Part shown: piece by piece, positions 1 through 8,047 of the stretch
Layout of the letters: every line of letters starts with the position of its first letter
Numbering within the stretch: position 1 is the first letter of the stretch
NCBI RefSeq assembly: GCF_003814915.1
Contig: NZ_RKQK01000001.1
Location: 418,031-450,030 of the forward strand
Source of the DNA: Pacificibacter maritimus
GTDB taxonomy: Bacteria > Pseudomonadota > Alphaproteobacteria > Rhodobacterales > Rhodobacteraceae
Direction: 5' to 3'
DNA: 32,000 nucleotides
Program-made: the position numbers and the translations under genes
Notes under the pieces: generated by a model
Database searches by the model: none
The model's input: the letters and a program-made list of their open reading frames with translations, nothing else
What the model was told of the DNA's origin: nothing

Positions 1-111
1 ATTTTCTTCGTGGCAGATGGCACGGGCGGGCACGCTTTTGCAGTGACCTTGGCAGATCACAATGCGAATGTTGCCAAGTGGCGTCAGATCGAGGCAGAAC
101 GCGCCAATTAA
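1..111 (+). CDS. mltG: 3' end of an MltG/YceG-like endolytic murein transglycosylase (partial; start lies outside the window)
   Basis: Frame 1 is open from the window edge to TAA at 109-111 and reads [36 protein letters not shown]. This resembles the conserved YceG/MltG C-terminus as I remember it (E. coli ...[21 protein letters not shown]...). Confidence 0.6.
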   Translation: MFFVADGTGGHAFAVTLADHNANVAKWRQIEAERAN

Positions 112-142
112 GTGTTTGTCGTTTGAATTTGATATGAAATAG

Positions 143-172
143 AAAGGGCGCCTTGCACAGGCGCCCTTTTTT
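143..172. terminator. Bidirectional rho-independent terminator between the convergent mltG and channel genes
   Basis: Stem GGGCGCC (146-152) pairs with GGCGCCC (160-166) around a 7-nt loop. It is flanked by AAA on the left and TTTTTT (167-172) on the right. Confidence 0.75.
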
Positions 173-197
173 ATGTGACCGTTTTTAGGCTTGCGGA

Positions 198-971
198 TCA
201 ATACAATCCATCGGTACCGATCCGTACGGTTTCGCCGCAATGTTTACAGTGAATTGCATCAGCGTCATGTAAAAACAGTCCGCAGGTGGCGCAATCAAAA
301 CGGACTTTTGCAGGACGAAACAGCACTTGCGCCAAGCGTAAAAACAATGTCACGCCAAAGAACATCACAGCGATGGACACCATACGGCCCTTGGTGCCTT
401 CCAAAGTGATATCGCCAAAGCCAGTGGTGGTCAGGGTGGTGATGGTGAAATAAAGCGCGTCGGCATAATTGCGAATGGCAGGGTTGTCGTTATGTTCCAG
501 CGCATAGATGAGCCCTGTGGTGACAAAGATAAACACCAGTAAATTGATTAGAGCGACGATAACGTCTTCATGCTTGCGAAACACAACAAAGTCGTGCCGA
601 AGGCGGTTCATCAATTGGTAGGTGTGGAGCAAGCGCAGGGTCCGCAAGATCCGCAAAAATCCCAATCCTTCGCCAGCGAGCGGGGCTAAAAATGATATCA
701 AGGCAGCGATATCGGCCAAGGTCGAAGGTCGCGTGAGATACCACATCCGTCGATCTGCTGTGTAAACGCGGGCGGAAAAGTCGATCAAGATGAGCACACC
801 AAAGACCAGATCCAAGCGTTCGATCCACATCGCAGGCGCGAGGAAAGATGTGCAGACGACAAAGCAGATGGTGATCAGATCAAAGGTCAAAATAGCATAG
901 CGAAACCGATGGGCGCGCGGGCTGTTGCCTTCGTAGAGCGCATTGAGCGTATCGGAAAATCCTGTGGCCAT
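198..971 (-). CDS. Voltage-gated-type K+ channel family protein with a C-terminal zinc ribbon
   Basis: 257-aa ORF with several hydrophobic helices, an S4-like Arg repeat (LRILRTLRLLH) and a K+ selectivity filter (TTTGFGD). The C-terminus carries CATCG...CKHCG (CxxC-N13-CxxC). AGGA lies about 9 nt upstream of the ATG. Confidence 0.8.
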   Translation of the reverse strand: MATGFSDTLNALYEGNSPRAHRFRYAILTFDLITICFVVCTSFLAPAMWIERLDLVFGVLILIDFSARVYTADRRMWYLTRPSTLADIAALISFLAPLAGEGLGFLRILRTLRLLHTYQLMNRLRHDFVVFRKHEDVIVALINLLVFIFVTTGLIYALEHNDNPAIRNYADALYFTITTLTTTGFGDITLEGTKGRMVSIAVMFFGVTLFLRLAQVLFRPAKVRFDCATCGLFLHDADAIHCKHCGETVRIGTDGLY

Positions 972-1083
972 CGATCTTTGTCCTTTTGTCTTTATGCCTT
1001 GTCATGAAATGTTTTGCCCTGTGTTTCAAGGGGCTGTCACGGGTGCGCCCTTTGGTTTAGTGAAACGTAAATTGGTGCGAACT

Positions 1084-1112
1084 TTGACTTAACCAATTGA
1101 AAACATTAAATA
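1084..1112 (+). promoter_or_regulatory. Candidate sigma70-like promoter for the GTA cluster (TTGACT-N17-TAAATA)
   Basis: TTGACT at 1084-1089, a 17-nt spacer, then TAAATA at 1107-1112, about 160 nt upstream of the g1 ATG. A second TTGACT sits at 1115-1120. Called by sequence pattern only. Confidence 0.3.
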
Positions 1113-1272
1113 ACTTGACTTCTTGGGCATTTTCAGGCACTTCTAAATAGGCTAGAAGACGTGAGTGTATGATCTGGCGCAGTCTGTGGGGGTTGCGCAA
1201 ATTTGATCACTGTTACGGGGTGAGCCCGTCTCACGTCTCTCGTGCGGAGAATGCATGAGAGGCAGGTAGAAC

Positions 1273-1614
1273 ATGACTTTGCAATCATCTGTGGGGGATG
1301 ACGATGGCCCAAAAGATATTCTTGGGTCTGCAAATCGAAACCTAGAACGGACCATCATGGCCCTTGATACGGCGCTTTGTCGTTTGGAAAATGATGATCT
1401 TGATGCTGGGGCTGCGGTTCAAAAAGCCATCGCAGAAATGCGGCGCGCCCAAGACACAGCCCTGAAAGAAAGGCAGAAAGTTGATGACGACCGACGAAAA
1501 CTCGACCTTGCGACTTCAGACAGCGCCATCGACTTTGACGCAGCACGGGCTTCGATCCTTGATAGCTTGGATCGCGTCCGAAGATCGCGCCGTCCAGATT
1601 CAGTTTCTGAATGA
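1273..1614 (+). CDS. g1: GTA g1, small-terminase-like protein
   Basis: 113-aa charged, helical ORF directly upstream of and overlapping the TerL frame. This is the position of RcGTA g1. AGG lies 6 nt before the ATG. No motif can be recognised by eye. Confidence 0.6.
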   Translation: MTLQSSVGDDDGPKDILGSANRNLERTIMALDTALCRLENDDLDAGAAVQKAIAEMRRAQDTALKERQKVDDDRRKLDLATSDSAIDFDAARASILDSLDRVRRSRRPDSVSE

Positions 1615-2905
1615 TCTGGAAAGCCACGATCAGGGAGCGCTTTTGGCGCTCCCTTTCCTATTTGAGGCATGGGCCTTAGATCACCAGATGCCGCCCGAAG
1701 GCGATTGGCGCACATGGGTGATCATGGGCGGGCGCGGCGCAGGTAAAACACGCGCTGGATCTGAATGGGTGCGCAGCATGGTGGAAGGGTCGCGGGCCTT
1801 GGAAAAAGGGCGCGCCAAACGTGTGGCGCTTGTGGGCGAGACCTACGACCAAGCCCGTGAAGTGATGGTCTTTGGCGATAGTGGCATTCTGGCCTGTTCA
1901 CCGCCTGATCGTAGGCCGACATGGGTGGCCACGCGGCGCACGCTTGTCTGGCCCAATGGGGCTGAAGCTATGGTGTTTTCTGGAAATGATCCTGAAGCGT
2001 TGCGCGGTCCACAGTTTGATGCCGCATGGGTGGATGAATTAGCGAAATGGAAAAAACCGCGCGAAGCTTGGGATATGCTGCAATTTGGTCTGCGTTTGGG
2101 CGATAATCCGCGCCAAGTCGTTACAACGACGCCGCGCAATGTGGGGATTTTAAAAGAAATCCTAGAACTTGCCTCAAGCACCGTGACCCGCGCCCCGACA
2201 GAAGCAAATGCAGCCAATCTGGCGCCGTCATTCTTGGAAGAAGTGCGGATGCGCTACGCAGGCACGCGCCTTGGTCGACAAGAATTGGACGGGGTTTTGC
2301 TTGAGGAAGAAGAGGGCGCTTTGTGGTCTTTGCAGCAGCTTGAAGAAAACCGTGCGGACAAGCTGCCAGACTTTGATCGCATCGTTGTGGCTGTTGATCC
2401 GCCTGTCACCGCGCATGCTGGATCAGACGAATGTGGGATTGTCGTTGTGGGCGCCGTGACCCAAGGCCCGCCACAAGATTGGTGCGCTTACGTGTTGGAA
2501 GATGCGACCATGTCGGCTGCAAAGCCCACCGCTTGGGCAAAAGGCGCGATTGACGCATTGGAACGCTGGGAAGCCGATAAAATCGTGGCAGAAGTCAATC
2601 AAGGCGGTGATTTGGTAGAAAGTGTGATTCGTCAGGTGGATGCTTTGGTGCCCTATAAATCTGTGCGCGCCACGCGGGGGAAATCAGCGCGGGCCGAACC
2701 TGTGGCCGCATTGTACGACCAAGGGCGCGTGCGTCACAGTCGCGGATTGGGCGCATTGGAAGATCAGATGACTAAAATGACGGCGCAGGGCTATAAGGGC
2801 TCGGGATCACCAGATCGTTTGGATGCTTTGGTCTGGGCGGTACATGAGCTGATGATTGCGCCTGCGGCCAGTCACAAACGCCCACGGATACGTACCTTAG
2901 GGTAG
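1481..2905 (+). CDS. g2: GTA g2, terminase large subunit
   Basis: Walker A motif GGRGAGKTRAG, plus the WVDELAKW and VVTTTP motifs and a C-terminal nuclease region (VAVDPP...DECGIVV). The start is uncertain. The longest ORF starts at TTG 1481 / ATG 1484 and overlaps g1 by about 130 nt. TTG at 1559 is an alternative. Confidence 0.9.
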   Translation: MMTTDENSTLRLQTAPSTLTQHGLRSLIAWIASEDRAVQIQFLNDLESHDQGALLALPFLFEAWALDHQMPPEGDWRTWVIMGGRGAGKTRAGSEWVRSMVEGSRALEKGRAKRVALVGETYDQAREVMVFGDSGILACSPPDRRPTWVATRRTLVWPNGAEAMVFSGNDPEALRGPQFDAAWVDELAKWKKPREAWDMLQFGLRLGDNPRQVVTTTPRNVGILKEILELASSTVTRAPTEANAANLAPSFLEEVRMRYAGTRLGRQELDGVLLEEEEGALWSLQQLEENRADKLPDFDRIVVAVDPPVTAHAGSDECGIVVVGAVTQGPPQDWCAYVLEDATMSAAKPTAWAKGAIDALERWEADKIVAEVNQGGDLVESVIRQVDALVPYKSVRATRGKSARAEPVAALYDQGRVRHSRGLGALEDQMTKMTAQGYKGSGSPDRLDALVWAVHELMIAPAASHKRPRIRTLG

Positions 2906-2933
2906 GCATATTTCGAAAGTATTCCTGAATTGG

Positions 2934-2980
2934 CGGCCTCGGTTTGTCACGCAAGTGGTGAACTGGGGCCGTTTTTTATT
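2934..2980 (+). terminator. Strong rho-independent terminator immediately after g2
   Basis: CGGCCTCGGTT (2934-2944) pairs with AACTGGGGCCG (2961-2971). The helix extends through G-U pairs to CAC/GTG and is capped by a GCAA tetraloop (2951-2954). TTTTTT follows at 2972-2977. Confidence 0.7.
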
Positions 2981-3394
2981 GGTGTACATACAGTATATGA
3001 CCGAGCTCAACTTTGATTTTCTTCCATTATACTGTTGTAAATCAATACCTTAATTGTGGGTGTTGCGTGGTCAAAGCTGCACAGAACGCTCTGCTAGTAA
3101 GTTCTTTTAACCTATCCCTTAAAACTCATTCTACCGAAGGCGAACAGACAGCAGCCCTGCTGCAGTGGATCGCAAACGGTCACAAGTTTTGGGAAGGCGC
3201 GGGCACCGCGGCGGGCTGAGATGCGCGATAAGCGGATCATGCTCCCTTTCCAGACCCTTGGGTGGCCCCATGCGAGAGGGCCCCCAAGGGTCGAAGTTTG
3301 AACAGTGAGCCATGCGGCTTTGGGGCTTGCCCGAAGGTGCATTTGCGAGATGCCGATGGGGCATCGTTGGACAGTTTTGAGGAGAGACACGGAT

Positions 3395-4654
3395 ATGGTG
3401 TTTGACTTTATGAAGCGCGGCGCCGCAGCGCAGCCCGAGGTAAAAGCCTCAGCAACAGGGCCAGCGGTCGCCTACTCAAGCGCAGGTCGTGTGGCATGGA
3501 GCCCCCGCGATACAGTCACTTTGACCCGTGTGGGGTTTAGCGGCAATCCAGTGGGTTTTCGGTCGGTCAAGTTGATCGCAGAAGCCGCAAGTGCCTTGCC
3601 TTTGATCTTGCAAAATGCCGATGCGCGTTTTGAAAAACATCCGCTTTTGTCTGTGATTTCACGTCCAAACCCTGTTCAGGGTCGCAGCGATTTGTTTGAG
3701 GCGCTTTATGCGCAGATCTTGTTGTCGGGCAACGGATATTTGGAAGCTGTCGGCGAATGGGGCCAAGTGCCTGCGGAATTGCATGTGCTGCGCTCTGATC
3801 GCATGAGCTTGGTGCCTGGTGCAGATGGCTGGCCCATTGCCTATGAATATGCGGTTGGCAATCGTAAGCATCGTTTTCACGTCGAAGATGGCCATTCTCC
3901 CGTGTGTCACATCAAATCTTTCCATCCCAGCGATGACCATTATGGGTTGTCGCCGATCCAAGCGGCGGCCACGGCGATTGACGTGCATAATTCTGCATCG
4001 CGCTGGTCCAAGGGGCTGCTTGATAATGCAGCGCGTCCTTCAGGTGCGATTGTGTATAGCGGTTCTGATGGTCAAGGCACGATGACGGCGGATCAATATG
4101 ATCGCTTGTTGATGGAAATGGAAAGCAATCACCAAGGTGCGCGCAATGCAGGGCGTCCGATGTTGCTAGAGGGTGGTTTGGATTGGAAACCGATGGGGTT
4201 CAGCCCCTCTGATATGGAATTCCAAAAAACCAAAGAAGCCGCCGCACGTGACATTGCACTGGCCTTTGGCGTGCCGCCCATGTTGTTGGGTATTCCAGGT
4301 GACGCGACCTATGGCAATTACCAAGAAGCAAACCGCGCGTTTTACCGTCTGACGGTGCTGCCTTTGGTGCAAAAAGTTGCAGGCTCTGTCGGGCATTGGT
4401 TGTCTGAAATGACGGGCGAGGCAGTCGAGTTAAAACCCGATCTGGATCAGGTTTCTGCCCTTGCACCTGAACGAGATGCCCAGTGGAATCGTGTGGCCAA
4501 GGCTGACTTTCTGACGGCTGATGAAAAACGCGCCATGTTGGGATTGCCGCCGTTGAGTGCCCAAGCGCAGGCCGAAGTTTTTGACGATGTTTCATCACTG
4601 GAAGCGTCGATAGATGATGTGGATACCCAAACTGAGGAGACGCCAGATGCGTAA
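3395..4654 (+). CDS. g3: GTA g3, HK97-family portal protein
   Basis: 419 aa from ATG 3395, with GGAGAG at 3381-3386. Portal-like segments include YEYAVGNRKHRF, GLSPIQAAA and FGVPPMLLGIPGDATYGNYQEANRAFY. The ORF track extends to 3305, but that stretch has no RBS. Confidence 0.9.
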   Translation: MVFDFMKRGAAAQPEVKASATGPAVAYSSAGRVAWSPRDTVTLTRVGFSGNPVGFRSVKLIAEAASALPLILQNADARFEKHPLLSVISRPNPVQGRSDLFEALYAQILLSGNGYLEAVGEWGQVPAELHVLRSDRMSLVPGADGWPIAYEYAVGNRKHRFHVEDGHSPVCHIKSFHPSDDHYGLSPIQAAATAIDVHNSASRWSKGLLDNAARPSGAIVYSGSDGQGTMTADQYDRLLMEMESNHQGARNAGRPMLLEGGLDWKPMGFSPSDMEFQKTKEAAARDIALAFGVPPMLLGIPGDATYGNYQEANRAFYRLTVLPLVQKVAGSVGHWLSEMTGEAVELKPDLDQVSALAPERDAQWNRVAKADFLTADEKRAMLGLPPLSAQAQAEVFDDVSSLEASIDDVDTQTEETPDA

Positions 4655-5234
4655 GGAATTTGCAGGCGGGCTAGAGCATAAATTCATGCGAATTGGCGAA
4701 GATATCAAGGTTACGGATGGTGTCAAAATCGAAGGCTACGCCTCGTTGTTTGGTTTGGCCGATCAGGGTGGCGATATCGTTCAGATCGGTGCCTATAAGA
4801 AATCATTGAATGATCTCAAGGCCAAAGGTCGATCTGTTAAGATGCTTTGGCAGCATGATCCAGCACAACCTATCGGCATTTGGGATGAGGTGCGCGAAGA
4901 CGCGCGCGGTCTCTATGTCAAAGGTCGGCTGCTGACGGATGTCGAAAAGGGACGCGAAGCTGTGGCCTTGATCGAAGCAGGTGCGATTGACGGATTGTCG
5001 ATTGGCTACCGCACGGTGCGTGCGCAAAAGCATCGCGACCAAAAGGATGGCAAGGCCGCGAGGCTATTGTCGGAATTGGAACTGTGGGAGGTTTCACTCG
5101 TGACATTTCCCATGCTTCCGCAAGCGCGTTTGATAACGGAAGAAAAGGGCGATGATCCTTGTTCTGACGAACATCTGATGCGCGACCTCGCGGACGCTTT
5201 CACAAGCGCACGCAAGCTGCTGGCCCGCGACTAA
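4647..5234 (+). CDS. g4: GTA g4, HK97-family prohead protease
   Basis: IEGYASLFG...DQGGDIV...MLWQHD...PIG...DGLSIGY is typical of the S78/HK97 prohead protease. ATG 4647 is preceded by GAGGAG (4634-4639) and overlaps the portal stop by 8 nt. Confidence 0.88.
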   Translation: MRKEFAGGLEHKFMRIGEDIKVTDGVKIEGYASLFGLADQGGDIVQIGAYKKSLNDLKAKGRSVKMLWQHDPAQPIGIWDEVREDARGLYVKGRLLTDVEKGREAVALIEAGAIDGLSIGYRTVRAQKHRDQKDGKAARLLSELELWEVSLVTFPMLPQARLITEEKGDDPCSDEHLMRDLADAFTSARKLLARD

Positions 5235-5282
5235 GGCCAGCGTTCTCACCCTCTAACCAACAAAACACAAAGGATTGTTTGG

Positions 5283-6509
5283 ATGAGCAAAACCGAGACA
5301 AACGCTCGGGCCGGTACCGGTGTGTCCGATATGTCGGCTAAATCAATGCCGGTTATGGGCGGTCCTGCCACTGAGGTGAAGACCGCGCTGGCCGGTTTCA
5401 TGAGTGATCTCAAAGACTTTCAAACCGAAATTAAATCTAAATTTCAAGAACAGGAAGAGCGACTGACCATGCTTGATCGTAAATCACATAATTTTGGCCG
5501 TCCGGCCCTTTCCGTAGCCCAAGAGGTAGACATGTCCCATAAATCAGCATTCGGCACATATGTGCGCAACGGAGACGACGACGCATTGCGTGGTTTGGAA
5601 CTTGAAGGCAAAGCGATGTCTTCAGCCGTAAATGGCGATGGTGGCTATTTGGTTGATCCGCAAACGGCTGATACGATTAAATCAGTTCTAAAATCAACTG
5701 CTTCTATCCGTTCTATCGCCAATGTGGTGAACGTCGAAGCCACATCTTATGATGTGTTGATCGACACAACGGATGTCGGCACTGGTTGGGTATCAGAAAC
5801 GGGGAGCGTGTCTGAAACTGGCACGCCAACGATTGATCGCATTTCGATCCCGCTGTTCGAATTGTCAGCTTTGCCCAAAGCGTCACAGCGTTTGTTGGAC
5901 GATGCGGCGTTTGACATCGAAGCATGGCTTGCGGGTCGTATTGCTGATAAATTTGCGGCCTCTGAAGCCTCTGCCTTTATCAACGGCGATGGTATCGACA
6001 AACCAACGGGTATTTTGGCCCATGCACAGATCGCCAATGATTCATGGGCTTGGGGCTCTTTGGGTTATGTGGCTACTGGCACAGATGGCGGCTTTGATGG
6101 CGCAAATCCAGCGGACGCGATTGTTGAGCTCGTCTACTCACTCGGCGCGCAATACCGCGCAAACGGTACATTCGTGATGAATTCCAAAACTGCTGGCCAA
6201 GTGCGCAAGCTCAAAGACGCTGACGGCCGTTTCTTGTGGTCCGACGGTTTAGCTGCAGGCGAACCTGCACGTCTCATGGGCTATCCTGTGTTGATCGCAG
6301 AAGACATGCCTGACATCGCATCTGACGCAGCTGCCATCGCCTTTGGTGACTTCGCGGCAGGCTACACCGTGGCCGAGCGCCCAGATCTGCGCATCTTGCG
6401 TGATCCATTTTCAGCCAAGCCACATGTCCTATTCTACGCAACAAAGCGCGTTGGTGGTGATGTGAGCGATTTTGCAGCGATCAAACTGTTGAAATTCTCT
6501 GTCGCTTAA
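5283..6509 (+). CDS. g5: GTA g5, HK97-family major capsid protein
   Basis: 408 aa with an N-terminal delta/scaffold-like helical region, then GGYLVDPQ, ELSALPKASQRLLDD and PFSAKPHVLFYATKRVGG, which are typical of the HK97 fold MCP family. Confidence 0.92.
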   Translation: MSKTETNARAGTGVSDMSAKSMPVMGGPATEVKTALAGFMSDLKDFQTEIKSKFQEQEERLTMLDRKSHNFGRPALSVAQEVDMSHKSAFGTYVRNGDDDALRGLELEGKAMSSAVNGDGGYLVDPQTADTIKSVLKSTASIRSIANVVNVEATSYDVLIDTTDVGTGWVSETGSVSETGTPTIDRISIPLFELSALPKASQRLLDDAAFDIEAWLAGRIADKFAASEASAFINGDGIDKPTGILAHAQIANDSWAWGSLGYVATGTDGGFDGANPADAIVELVYSLGAQYRANGTFVMNSKTAGQVRKLKDADGRFLWSDGLAAGEPARLMGYPVLIAEDMPDIASDAAAIAFGDFAAGYTVAERPDLRILRDPFSAKPHVLFYATKRVGGDVSDFAAIKLLKFSVA

Positions 6510-6526
6510 GTCCTGAAAAAGAACGA

Positions 6527-6561
6527 GTTCGTGCCTGATCGGTGATCGGTCAGACACGAAC
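6527..6561 (+). promoter_or_regulatory. Stable stem-loop in the capsid-g6 spacer (possible attenuator or RNA stability element)
   Basis: GTTCGTG (6527-6533) pairs with CACGAAC (6555-6561). The helix continues through CTGATCG/CGGTCAG, giving about 15 bp with one mismatch and a 5-nt loop. No U-tract follows. Confidence 0.5.
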
Positions 6562-6678
6562 GGTGGGTGCGCGTCTCGTTTGACGTGTTGTCTAGCTGCT
6601 CCCCCTCCGTCCGAGCAACACGGGGGCGCGCATCCATCATCACAAGTGGCAGGGGGACCCGGAAATCGGAGATGTACC

Positions 6679-7275
6679 ATGATGTTAATGGAGCAAAGCC
6701 AAGTACCCACAGCGGTACTGCCGGTCGCACAGTTCAAAGATCATTTGAGACTGGGCACAGGCTTTGGCGATGACGGGGTTCAGGATGGGGTTCTTGAGAC
6801 ATATTTGCGCGCGGCACTCGCAGCCGTCGAGGCGCGTACAGGTAAGGTCTTGATTGAACGTGATTTTGCTTGGACCTTATCAGCGTGGCGCGACCTTGGC
6901 ACACAAACACTGCCTGTCGCCCCAGTGACTGCGATCACAGCCTTGGTGATTGTAGATCGTTTGAACGTAGAAACTGTGATCGATGCTGGCAAATACTTGC
7001 TGGATAAAGACACCCACCGGCCGCGGATCGTGTCCAGCGGTTTCGTATTGCCGCCTGTGCCTGTTGCGGGCTCTGCACGGATCGAATTTAGCGCAGGCTT
7101 TGGCCCTACTTGGGGTGATATTCCAGCGGATATTGCACAAGCCGTGATGTTGTTGGCTGCGCATTTCTACGAGCACCGTCATGCGGCTGCTGTGTCAGGC
7201 CAATCTATGCCTTTTGGGGTGAGCGCACTTTTAGATCGCTACCGCAATGTGCGTTTGTTTGGAGGACGTGGCTGA
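6679..7275 (+). CDS. g6: GTA g6, head-tail adaptor (gp6-like connector)
   Basis: 198 aa from ATG 6679, with GGAGA at 6667-6671. The position after the MCP and FKDHLRLG...LETYLRAALAAVEARTG are typical of gp6-like connector proteins. Confidence 0.8.
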   Translation: MMLMEQSQVPTAVLPVAQFKDHLRLGTGFGDDGVQDGVLETYLRAALAAVEARTGKVLIERDFAWTLSAWRDLGTQTLPVAPVTAITALVIVDRLNVETVIDAGKYLLDKDTHRPRIVSSGFVLPPVPVAGSARIEFSAGFGPTWGDIPADIAQAVMLLAAHFYEHRHAAAVSGQSMPFGVSALLDRYRNVRLFGGRG

Positions 7276-7616
7276 TGTCGGCAATGGTTCACCTAAATCG
7301 CAAACTTATTTTAGAAGATGCGCAGCGCGCCTCTGACGGGGCGGGTGGTTATGTGGAAACATGGACGCAGTTGGGCACGCTTTGGGCCTCAATTCAAGCG
7401 GGGACAGGGTCGGAAAAATCCGAAGATTTTGTCACAGTCTCCCGCGTGCCACTGAAAATCATCGTGCGGGGCGCGCCAGTGGGATCACCACGTCGCCCCA
7501 AACCTGATCAACGCTTTATCGAAGGCGGACGCGTGTTTCGTATTCTATCGGTCACTGAAAAGGATGCGGGGGGCCGCTACCTTACATGTCAAGCGCGTGA
7601 GGAGGTTGCATCATGA
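7275..7616 (+). CDS. g7: GTA g7, head-closure/stopper protein
   Basis: 113 aa. The start overlaps the g6 stop (TGATG). Size and position match RcGTA g7. Confidence 0.75.
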   Translation: MSAMVHLNRKLILEDAQRASDGAGGYVETWTQLGTLWASIQAGTGSEKSEDFVTVSRVPLKIIVRGAPVGSPRRPKPDQRFIEGGRVFRILSVTEKDAGGRYLTCQAREEVAS

Positions 7617-8023
7617 GTTATGGCGTATCAGCGGCCCTGCAAACGGCTGTCTTTCAAGCCCTGTCCAATGACGCAACGCTTGATGGTTTGGTCGGGGGGG
7701 CGATCTATGACGCGGCGCCTACGGGCACTGTGCCTGCGCTTTATGTGAGTTTGGGGCCAGAGGATGTGATTGATGCTTCTGATAAAACTGGCCAAGGGGC
7801 ACGGCACGAATTTGTGGTCAGCGTTGTGTCGGACACAGCAGGATTTTTGACTGCCAAAGGTGTGGGTGCCGCCATTTCAGATGTGCTCGTTGATGCTGAT
7901 TTGCCCCTCACACGAGGGACATTGATCGGGCTTTACTTTGTGTCGGCAAAAGCGCGGCGCGTTCAAGACAGTGATGTGCGCAGGATCGATATTCGGTTCA
8001 TGGCGCGTGTTGAAGATTCCTAA
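7613..8023 (+). CDS. g8: GTA g8, tail terminator (DUF3168-like)
   Basis: 136 aa. ATGA overlap with g7. Size and position match RcGTA g8. Confidence 0.75.
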   Translation: MSYGVSAALQTAVFQALSNDATLDGLVGGAIYDAAPTGTVPALYVSLGPEDVIDASDKTGQGARHEFVVSVVSDTAGFLTAKGVGAAISDVLVDADLPLTRGTLIGLYFVSAKARRVQDSDVRRIDIRFMARVEDS

Positions 8024-8047
8024 TTTCTTATCAAAGGGGCTTATGAA

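Noticed and set aside
1089-1109. CtrA box at the GTA promoter (TTAA at 1089-1092 and 1106-1109)
   Set aside because: The spacing between the two TTAA is 13 nt, not the canonical 7. Only half-site-like TTAAC is present, so no CtrA site is called.
3013-3390. Small ORFs in the g2-g3 spacer: 3013-3219 (+, TTG start, 68 aa) and 3112-3390 / 3131-3364 (-)
   Set aside because: They have no RBS, rely on a non-ATG start or antisense orientation, have odd composition (CGCC, runs of W/R/P) and show no similarity to any GTA or phage protein I know. The region is treated as non-coding and structured instead.
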